A DNA stretch of 61,396 nt, counting the filler, from Nemertoderma westbladi (Eukaryota > Animalia > Xenacoelomorpha): NCBI GenBank assembly GCA_032718475.1. It is 3 parts of 3 records of this genome, joined end to end, with 100 filler letters (N's around TTAATTAATTAA, not from the genome) between each part and the next. Parts side by side here need not be neighbours in the genome. Positions count along the whole stretch, not along the records: positions 1 to 28,899 come from JAUCBJ010003234.1; 2 more parts are not named here. One strand, 5' to 3'. Shown piece after piece: positions 9,889 to 20,159 of this stretch. The position numbers were made by a program, and so were the translations under genes. Each line of letters opens with the position of its first letter. The first letter of the stretch is position 1. The notes beneath the pieces were generated by a model. The model saw only the letters and a program-made list of their open reading frames with translations. It was not told where the DNA came from and ran no database searches.

Positions 9889-10443
9889 CTAATTATATTT
9901 TACATCAAAAACCCCCACACCAAACAATAATAAATTATTAACCAGCTTGTTGAAAATAGGATAATATATATGAAATTTAAACGGGGAACACATTAATGTA
10001 CATTTACCAGTGTAGAAACAGCAAACAACAACAATATTATTTATTCTGACTTTACAGTTATTGAATATTTCAGGGTCGTATGAAATTTCTAGTTTAACAT
10101 TATCAAATATAACATAAAACCCGATATTATTTATAAGTAACCTATAAATTACAGTATCGATACTAAAAATATAAGTACACAAATTGATTGATTTAAAAAT
10201 CAAATTAATGTTTGTTTTTTCTAATATATGTTTTTTCACTTTATTAAAGTTATATTTTCTACCGAGAATTGTTATTCGTCCATTTGTAAACATTAATATG
10301 GTTGCACCAAATACCTTATATATAAACTGATTAGGTTTGAGTACAATTTTACCATTCAATTGATTTTTTAATTCTTTCAAATTAAGTCCATAAATAATCT
10401 GCTTACAACTTATATTTTTATTTACTATTTGATAATTCATCAT
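9889..10443 (-). CDS. Virus-encoded TATA-box-binding protein (TBP)-like protein
   Basis: Two-repeat TBP pattern: IVN...LNLKEL...ATILMFTNGRITILG and SIN...SYDPEIFNN...CFYTGKCTL (compare TBP IQN, LIFSSGK, YEPELFPG, LIFVSGK). Likely start MMNYQIVN at 10443; the ORF track starts at 10470. Confidence 0.8.
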   Translation of the reverse strand: MMNYQIVNKNISCKQIIYGLNLKELKNQLNGKIVLKPNQFIYKVFGATILMFTNGRITILGRKYNFNKVKKHILEKTNINLIFKSINLCTYIFSIDTVIYRLLINNIGFYVIFDNVKLEISYDPEIFNNCKVRINNIVVVCCFYTGKCTLMCSPFKFHIYYPIFNKLVNNLLLFGVGVFDVKYN

Positions 10444-13400
10444 CAACACCATCGTCTTTTGGTTCTTCATAAATTGGTATATTTGATATTTTTATAGGTT
10501 TTTTGAGGTTTGTTTTATAGTGCCCCCAAGGAAGCGATTGATTTTTATTAAGCCAATAAAGTTTATCATCAAAGCTGCTGAGTGCAAATTTATTTTGCTT
10601 TAAGGTATAAATACGATGTAATTTAGATTGAAATCTGTGTATGTTTTTTTTATTTCTTCATTTGAGTTATAGGCTTTTAAATATTCTTCATGTGTAATAT
10701 TCGTTTCCACAACAGCTCTTGTAATACCTTTTGCTCTACGAATATTTTTGTTATTCCATTCCAAAATTGAATATAATTTTGGTCTTAAAAATACTGCTTG
10801 TTTAATTTCACGTGAGGCTAGTTCGTCTTTACAGTAATAGAGTTGGGATTTATTTTTATCGCTGTAGAGAGGGTGATCCTTAGGGTAATTGGAAGTATCT
10901 AAAATATTATTTTTAATTAATGCTTTTAAAAAATTATTCTGCGATGTATTATAATAACAACCTATCAAAGAGTCGGTGTCTGATGCGGCAATTTCAATAC
11001 GACAGTTTAATTCTTTCTCAATAGGTAGCAATTTATTGTAAAACAGCTCATACATATCCAATTTAGCCAAGTCCAACACAGCGCTACCAATAAACATAGG
11101 CTTATCGAGAGTTACAGAGTCTTTCACTAATAAATGTCCCGATAATGTATTATTGTATATTATAAATTGTTCATGATTAATACGATTTACCAATTGATCG
11201 CATTTATCGTTGCTATTTGCGATACGAAAGTTACATCGGTCACGTATCCTCTCTATTGATTTGCCAAACAGTGAATTATTGAGCAATTTCGCAACAGCAG
11301 TTTCAATGTAACTTTTTGCTAGGCGCCTTTGATTAATATTAAAATCTATGTAATTTTTAAATACAAATTCTTGTTGAAAAGAATATAATTTATGGAGCTT
11401 AGTAACAATTAATCCATGTTTTATATAAAATTTTAACAGTTTCAAATGTAAATGATAAAACTCTTTATCAAATTGCGTCAGCAAGAGTTTTGGTGTAGAC
11501 ATCCTATATTTACGGGAGGTACCTCTTTGTATCGATAAATTATTAAATTGTTCCCGCATATAAGGCGAAAGCATTGTTTCATTTATACTTAAATGCTCAG
11601 GGGCTAACGGTAATTGTAATGTTTGATCGTGAATAGCCTTAGGATAATTTAAATCACATATTAAAAAATATCCAGTAGATCCATCAATGTCTAAATCTAC
11701 CAAATACTCGATTAGTTTTTCAGGAATTGCATTCTCTAAATGTTTAATACTTACTTCTTTGAATTGCGAGGTGGGTAGTTTTTTACTTAAATTCCCAGAA
11801 TATAAAGAGTTGAAATCAATATTAAAAATATGGCATTCTTCCTTAGTAGAATCATATGTACTTGTTCCAGGTATATTTGATTCTATATAATGCTTTCGAC
11901 AAAATGAAACACCACCCCTAATTGATTTTTCAAAATCTCTATATGTCTGATAATCCTTTATTAATTCTATTTTACATTTATTATATTTTAGCGCGCAATC
12001 ATAGGTAAATGACGCAATACTACAGTAAAAAACCACTTCTAAATCGTAATTTTGTTTACAAACATTCCTAAAATTCTCAAATATATCAGCAAGCAAACAA
12101 ACATCGAGTTTTAAATAGGCTAAAAGATAATCTTTGAGATTCACACAGTCGAATTCTACCCATGATATTCCCGCAAACCTATAATCTTCAATTGTGCATG
12201 TTTTTTGTGTTAAGTTACTAAAAAAATTATTTATAGACGGCAAACCAGTATCATTAAATTTATTAATATCTGTCAAGTACTCGTATGGAAATACTCCTTT
12301 CCGTTTAATTGTTGAGTTATTCAAGTTTGGATAAAAATATTTCATTTCTTGTAGAGTAATAGGTAAAATTGAGCTTATATCATGACTCGCTACATCCTTT
12401 GTTGAACACTCAACTAAATTACTTAGGGAAAAGCTTAAAAATTGATATGTGTCTAAGAAACGTAACTCAATTTTTTTAGAAGTGTTTTTAATGGGGATAA
12501 ACGCACTAAGTGAAATATATCGTTCTGTATTTCTCGGTATAACCTTTATATCCCAATCGGAGTATTTCTTATCTCTAAATCCGGTTTGTAATATACAATG
12601 TATATCGTAATTACTGGAATTGTGCCCGCAAAGTACATACAGGTATCGTTTCAATGATAAACTTCGGTTACAACTATTACAGGCTGCTGCAATATATTTA
12701 CCTGTAATATGTGAATGATGCCTGTTTTTCCCAACATTATTATTTAAAGTAACATTACAATAGAAACAAAATTTTGCTTGTTCAAAATTTACAAAATCAA
12801 TATTAGTAAATGACATAGTTTTATGAGTGTATATGTCTGACCAACAACATAATTCAGTTAAATCAAAATATAATGAATCTAAGAAATCTTGAATACAATT
12901 ATTATTATTATTTGACTTTACGAATGTTTTCAAATGACATTTTGGGGGGTTAATTAATTCAGTATTGGGAACAATTAAATAACTCGCAGCACACGGTATA
13001 TGCTCCTGTATAAATTGATTATTAACTGAAGGTTGTAAGATACATTCTATATCAAAGTAGGTGACAAACAATGGGGATAAGGTCCTATCTAAATTTGTAA
13101 AACTAATGTGTGTTCTTTTTTTATTAGGTAGTTTCTCTCGTTGACTTCTTCCTTGGTAGCATGCAAGACGGTGTCGTTGGAGAACTTCCGATTGAAAAAA
13201 ATGAGCCAAACACCTTTCACAATATTTCCTATTCCCGATATGAAGAGCTCTCGTATTCAGCAATCGATTCAAGTTAGTTATGCAAACATAATGATTCGGT
13301 TTAGGTACATTGTTATTTTTTACTACAAGTAATATATTTAATAACTCTTTATCGGGTGTAATTTTACTAAACGGTGGTTGTCTTAATATAGATACGGGGG

Positions 13401-14478
13401 CGCGTTTGTTGTCGTTATTCCAACATAGTAAATTAATTATATATTTTGAATTTTGTTTTTCAAAAAGTTTAATCGCTAACAGCCACTCTGTTGGATAATC
13501 TTTGTTCCCGTTGTCAAAAATGAAATGACTCATATAATTTTTGTACGATGAAGTACGGTTTTTATTGCTTTTCACTTTGCTACCAAATTTTGCGGATATA
13601 ATTGCCCATTTAAAACAGTCATTATCAGCCGATTGTACATTTATAACACACTGTTTACCTGATAGAGCCTTAGGTAATTCCATATATCCATGCCCCTTAT
13701 ATAGTAACGACTTACACTTAGATTCAGCTAATTTAATTTCAACCCTTAATAAAGATTTAATACGCCACCCCGAACCACGTGTGTTAAAGATGGCTATTTT
13801 TTGTAATATATTTCCCAGCACATACTCAAACCATGTGTCAAAACTTTGCGGCGAATCTACAGTATTAATAGCACCACCGGAAGAATTAAAATAAAAGGTT
13901 TCCAATTGCTCACCTTCTGAAAAATGTGATCTGTACATTAATACATTTAGACCTAACCACAGTCTAAGAACATTCATTTCTTTCAACCTGTCTAATATTA
14001 ACTGAAGAATATTACCTCGAATTTGTGTTAATGCTGTTTCTACATCGGGATAATCTCTAGAAGTTGGGAGGTCGTGGACATAAATTTCAAGACGATTATC
14101 GTGAGCTTCTTGTTCCTGCGTAAAAATTGTTGCGCATGTACCAAGAGCCACCCTTAAGTTTTTTCTGGATATTATATTTTTATGTTGCGGAAATTTACGC
14201 TTTCTTGTGTAGTAACATTTCAAGTGACAGTCGTGTCGTATATAATTCTCATATGTATACTCTTTATTACAGGTAGAACAAGTCAATTGATAGGTGCGGA
14301 ACTCCATTTCTTTACAACCAGTAGTCGATTCATGTCGTTTACAAATTTTGCTGCATGAAGTCACAACATGACACTTAAAACAAGAATAACTTTCAAAATG
14401 TGACCGTAGGTGGCGTAAGTAATTATGTTTAGTTACATTCATATGACAGAATGGACAACATATTGTTATTTTATCCAT
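10418..14478 (-). CDS. Protein-primed family B DNA polymerase (group 2 pPolB) with one frameshift near the C-terminus
   Basis: N-terminal C2H2 fingers, GSGW, NVQSADNDCFKWAI (OTU-like), YFDIEC, EndoVII-like CFYC...RHHSHITGKY...CNSCN, HNSSNYD, FLDT, KGVFPYEY, IRGG, DFNSLY, KLLNNSLFGK, DTDS. The conserved tail ALSSFDDK...PWGHY is in another frame after the 8-nt homopolymer at 10644-10651, with stop at 10418-10420. Confidence 0.96.
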
Positions 14479-14544
14479 GTTGAAGTTTGTTAGTTTGTTT
14501 AGATAAATAATAATAATAATAATAAAATATGTCCAAAGATTAAA

Positions 14545-14593
14545 ATGAAATGAAATGAAATGAATTTTATTAAAAACATTCAGTTATATATAA
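14545..14593 (-). promoter_or_regulatory. TATA-Inr promoter candidate for PolB
   Basis: TTATATATAA (14584-14593) followed about 30 nt downstream on - by (TCATT)-type initiator repeats, about 100 nt before the PolB ATG. Confidence 0.5.
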
Positions 14594-14799
14594 ATTTGTG
14601 ATGGAGCATAGTCAACGAAGAAGAGATGGGACGTGTCATAATCATCGACGAATAAGAAAAGAGATAGGGTGCAACGTGGTTGAATGGTTGGTTGGTTACG
14701 TGGATAGGAAATATGTGAAAGAATATGAATCATAGGGTTGTGTGTAATAATAATCAATAATTATTATAAAAACGTGCAGTATAATGTTAGTAGTAGTAG

Positions 14800-15485
14800 C
14801 CTTTCAATATGGCACAGATGCTGCGGGATCGGTTAGCTTGAGTAACTACTTGGAAATGTTCGTATACGTGTAGCTGGAACGTGGCGGAATTTCATGCACA
14901 TGTATCATACTGAGTGGTTGGTTTGGCGACAGCAGTTGAGTAGCTCTATCAATGGAGGGACGTAAATCGTTGAGTTGGCAATCGATATAATATACTGTAA
15001 TATAACGACTTGGTATATGCATCGTGTAGATGGCCACGTTATAGTTTTAGTCACCATATACAGTATGTGGAGGTGGTAGCGTGGCGAAAAGGGGGAATAA
15101 TCTGAGGGTGTATCGCTGTTGGTGGGTGGGTAACAGCAGTTGATCGAATAGCGATGGGATGGGGGCTAGCCATGCATCGAGAAGTTAGGCTACGCGAAGA
15201 TGAATATGCATTGGATGGTTGTTGCAGCAATGATACGAATCAATACTATCGGTTGGTAGGTAGGTAACAGCTGCCATCGAGTAAGGCGGGCAACGCGAGG
15301 TTAGGCTACGCATAGGTGAATACGCTACGATTGGTTGATGGTAACTACCGATGATGGTGACAGATGTGGCCAATTAAACACCGTAATTTAGCATCGGAAT
15401 TTGGCATTTTTAATAGTCCTCCGAGATGTAGCCCGTAGCCCAAGCTAGGGAGGACTTCGGCGGGGTCACCTATTCTTCTACTACT
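14800..15485. repeat. Probable right terminal inverted repeat region of the Polinton, with internal degenerate repeats
   Basis: Non-coding, GC-richer than the viral genes, ends CTACTACT; GTTAGGCTACGC at 15184 and 15300; GTTGGTRGGTRGGTAACAGC-like copies. The partner TIR is not in the window and the inner boundary is unknown. Confidence 0.55.
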
Positions 15486-16580
15486 AGCGTTCACGCTAAC
15501 GGAGAGTTGGGTGGCCGAGAAGATAGGATTAAAGACCAGGCCAAGTAAGATGGTGGTGACCACAATATCGAGCAAAGACGAGGTCATGAAGATGAGCACG
15601 GGATGATGTGAAATTGGAGCGATATAACACCAGGGTGCGACTATGGGGCTACCATCGAACCCATCCAAATAATAGAGTCGATAAACATAAACACCAGGCG
15701 ACCTACAAAGATCGAGGTCGAGCAATACCAGTACCTGGATGTCATCGACTTCTTCGTACCCGAACTAGATGTCCTGAAAGGCTTACTCATAGTCGGCATG
15801 AACTGTCCGACGGCCCATGAGAGGCTGCAAACCATCTTCAGCGACAACAAAGAGCGAGACCCGGTGGCCATTCTCACGCCATTCAGATGGACGCTCAGTG
15901 GCCCAATAAAGACGAAGATCCTGTTTAGCGTGTCCGAATCCTCAGGGTGCATGTTCGCAGGAACGATGAGGGAGATGAATGAATGAAGGAGCAGAGGAAC
16001 AACTCAAGAGGCTGCTAAGGCAGGACTTCGAGGGTTAAAGGAGACTGGGGTAGGAACCTCGGTAGAGGATAAACAGGCGCAGGAGAGCGTCAGGGGATCC
16101 ATGAAGTGTGAAGGGGGCGATATACCATAGGGATGGCATGGAAGGAACCGAATGTGCCCCTACCAGACAATAAAAGGATGGTCATGACGAAACTCCGAAA
16201 GTTAAAGCAAACGCTTAGGCGGAGTCCGGAGAAGAACGACTACATGCATAGGACCATCAAGAAGTATGTAGACCAGGGGTGGGCCGTGGAGCTACCAGTT
16301 GATGAACCAGATACCGACAGGACTTACTATATGTCACTTCATGTGGCCTTAGACCCCAAGAAGGGCAAGCTGAGGATGGTGGTTGATGCCTCTGCTAAGA
16401 CGACGGCAAAAGCTTTAATGATTACCTACTTGAAGGCCCCAATATTTACAACTCGGGGATAGAAGTTCGTTAAGGTTTAGAAATTGAAAACAGGCCTTCA
16501 CATGTGATATAGAGGGCATGTTTAACCAAGTGCGGGTGACTGAGGGGGATAGCGATAGCCAATGCTTCCTGTGGTACAAC
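15486..16580 (+). pseudogene. Decayed BEL/Pao LTR retrotransposon pol fragment (protease to RT)
   Basis: AFTLTESWVAEKIGL, LLIVGMNCPTA...PVAILTPFRWTLSGP, WKEPNVPLPDN...YYMSLHVALDPKKGKLRMVVDASAK, NDYLLEGP, DIEGMFNQV...FLW; several frameshifts and stops. Confidence 0.88.
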
Positions 16581-18584
16581 GGCGAAGAAGAACCATTCCC
16601 GACCCCAAGAAGAATTAACCCCGAGAAAAGAATTCCACCCCACATCCAATATTAGATTGGATTCCAGCGGAATTGGAGCGCACTTAAGGTTGATGCTATC
16701 TTCTCACCGGGAAGATAGCATGGGGGGAGGTGTAAGCGGATCCAATTCGCTGCACCACACAGCGGAAAATGGGTAAAGTGGCTTTTTACCAATTAAAGTT
16801 GGCTAGGTGACATTACCAATATAATGTCACCTAACAACCAATGAAGGCAATACACATTGCCAGCCACAAGGAGAGATGAGAGGCTACAAGCCATCTCAGG
16901 GGGACGAAGGAAGCTAGAACGTGGGTATCAGAGAACAGGGAGTGCCAAGGGAGGGAAGAATAGGTTAGCCAAATGGTGGGGCAGAACATCATCTGATTGG
17001 GATGCATCCATTGGCCAGGCCAAGTACCAAGTAGCAATATTCCATGTGTTAGTAATATAACCGTTGCCTTTATTACCTGTTGTTCAGTTGGTTTGTGTAG
17101 GGTTGTGGAAGCAGGACGGTTTAGACCATCGTCAGTAACCGTGCTATTATTGTATTCTGATTGTGCTATTATTGTATTCTGACATTACAAACAACTGCCA
17201 CTAAAAACTCAGTTACTCTTTCGGCCATTGGCCTTCAGATACCACAAGCCTTTCAGCAGCCAGCGGACGCAGCGACGTGTACTACCGAAACGCAAAACAC
17301 ACCGGTCGGGATTCCCTCGCCAACTCGGGGATCCCCGTCACAAAACGTCCAATAGACGACACGACAAAATGAGCAAAGAAAATGACGACAGTGTTCAGTA
17401 AAACTGAACGGACACAGACGGTGACTCAGTTTGCTTCAGTCAACTATAGTCAAGATTACGGTGGCTGAATTCGGCCAAAATTAATTATATTATGGAAACA
17501 CGTTTTTGGTGATGTTGTAAAATTAGTTATATTATGAAAACACGTTTCTGGTGATATTGTAAAATTAATTATATTATGAAAACACGTTTCTGGTGATTTT
17601 GTAAAATTAATTATATTATGAAAACACGTTTCTGGTGATTTTGTAAAATTAATTATAATATGAAAACACGTTTTTGGATGAACTTGCAAAATTAATTATA
17701 TTATGAAAACATGTTTTTGGATGAACTTACAAAATTAATTATATTATGAAAACACGTTTTTGGTGCTGTTGTAAAAATAATTATATTATGAAAACACGTT
17801 TTTGGTGCTGTTGTAAAAATAATTATATTATGAAAACACATTTTTGGATGAACTTACAAAATTAATTATATTATGAAATCACGTTTTTGGTTGAACTGGC
17901 AAAATTAATTATATTATGAAAACACGTTTTTGGATCAATTTTCAAAATTTATTCAATTCTGTAAACACGTTTTTGTTGTTGATTATTAGGCCTAGGCCTA
18001 ATGTACGATGCTATGCCTACTGCTGTACTGTGCTATGCCTATTACTGTACTACTACTACTATGCAGCTACATAGCAATGCGCAATAATTTTTCTTGTCCG
18101 TTTAAATCCTATTTTTGTCCTTTTTTTTTACTTTTTATGTCCTCCAAAAATCTACCGTTAGGTTCCTTGCTACTGGTTTCTCTACTGCTGTTCTATTAGG
18201 CTATAAGTACCGGTATTAGTATATATAGAGCACTATTTTGCAGTATTGCATTGTATGTAGGTATAAAGCATATAAATAATTATACTGTCTGACTGTATTA
18301 TACTACATTACAGCATTAGGTACTGACTCACTGATACTGTGATATGTGCAGTTGTAAATATGATAGGCCTAATTGCTGAAATGTGATAAGTCCATAGTAT
18401 AAGTCGTTTTGTTTTATTCACTGTTCAACTTTCTCCTGTTTTATTATGTGCAGTTTTATTTATACGCTTCTATGACAGCGGGTCTCCACCCACATAATAT
18501 AATAATAATAATGATAAAGGTAATTTCAGAATTTTAGTACCAGTACCGGATTTACATAGTTTTATTGTTTATGTTCATGACATA

Positions 18585-20070
18585 GTTTATTGTTTTGGTT
18601 AGAAAATCCCGCCTCTGTAACATGCTCCTTTCCCTGATTTGGTAAAGTGGCCGTTTATTGTTTTGGTTAGAAAATCCCGCCTCTGTAACCCGCTCCTTTC
18701 CCTCAATTAGTTAAATGATCGCGTTTATTGTTTTGGTTAGAAAAAAATCCCGCCTCTGTAACCTGCTCCTTTCCCTGATTTGGTAAAGTGACCGTTTATT
18801 GTTTTGGTTAGAAAGGCCTGCCTCTGTACCTGCTCCTTTCCTTCATTTGGTATAGTGACTGTTTATTGTTTTGGTTAGAAAATCCCGCATCTGCATGTAA
18901 CCCGCCCCTTTCCCTCAATTAGTTAAATGATCGTTTATTGTTTTGGTTAGAAAATCCCGCTTCTGTAACCTGCTCCTTTCCCTCAATTAGTTAAGTGATC
19001 GTTTATTGTTTGGTTAGAAAATCCCGCCTCTGTATCCTGCTCCTTTCCCTGATTTGGTAAAGTTATCGTATTGTTTTGGTTAGAAAAGCCCGCATCTTTA
19101 ACCTGCTCCTTTCCCTAATTGGTAATGTTATCGTTCATTGTTTTGGTTAGAAAAGACCATTTATGTAACCTGCTCCTTTCCTTCATTTGGTAAAGTGATT
19201 GTTTATTGTTTTGGTTAGAAAATCCCGCTTCTGTAACCTGCCCCTTTCCTCAATTAGTTAAATTATCGTTTATTGTTTTGGTTAGAAAGTCCCGTCTCTG
19301 TAACCTGGTCCTTTCCCTGATTTGGTAAAGTGACCGTTTATTGTTTTGGTTAGAAAGGCCCGCCTCTGTAACCTGTTCCTTTCCTTCATTTAGTAAAGTG
19401 ACTGTGTATTGTTTTGGTTAGAAAATCCCGCCTCTGAAACCTGCCCCTTTCCCTCAATTAGTTAAATGATCGTTTATTGTTTTGGTAAGAAAATTCCGCC
19501 TCTGTAACCTGCCCCTTTCCCTCAATTAGTTAAATGATCGTTTATTGTTTTGGTTAGAAAATCCCGCCTCTGTAACCTGCTCCTTTCCCTCAATTAGTTA
19601 AGTGATCGTTTATTGTTTTGGTTAGAAAATCCCGCCTCTGTAACCTGCTCCTTTCCCTCAATTAGTTAAGTGATCGTTTATTGTTTTGGTTAGAAAATCC
19701 CGTCTGTGTAACCTGCTCCTTTCCCTGATTTGGTAAAGTGACTGTTTATTGTTTTGGTTAGAAAAACCCGCCTATGTAACCTGCTCCTTTATCTCAATTG
19801 GTAATGTTATCGTTTATTGTTTTGGTTAGAAAATCCCGTCTCTGTAACCTGCTCTTTTCCCTGATTTGGTAAAGTGACTGCTTATTGTTTTGGTTAGAAA
19901 ATCCCGCCTATGTAACCCGCTCCTTTCCCTCAATTAGTTAAATGATCGTTTATTGTTTTGGTTAGAAAGGCTAGCCTCTGTAACCTGCTCCTTTCCTTAA
20001 TTTGGTAAAGTGACTGTTTATTGTTTTGATTAGAAAATCCGGCCTTAACCTGCTCCATTCCATCAATTGG
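18585..20070. repeat. 68-bp minisatellite, about 22 copies
   Basis: Unit GTTTATTGTTTTGGTTAGAAAATCCCGCCTCTGTAACCTGCTCCTTTCCCTCAATTAGTTAAGTGATC. Single related monomers occur near 24740-24790 and, inverted, near 61250-61303. Confidence 0.95.
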
Positions 20071-20159
20071 TAATTGTTTTTGGCTATAAAATGAGTGTTT
20101 TGCTACGTCATGTGGTAATCGATTATCGACAACAACCACAAACTATTAAATTTAAATAG

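Noticed and set aside
14789-14799. AGTAGTAGTAG as the Polinton terminus
   Set aside because: Wrong orientation for a right end; the CTACTACT at 15478-15485 coincides with the BEL junction.
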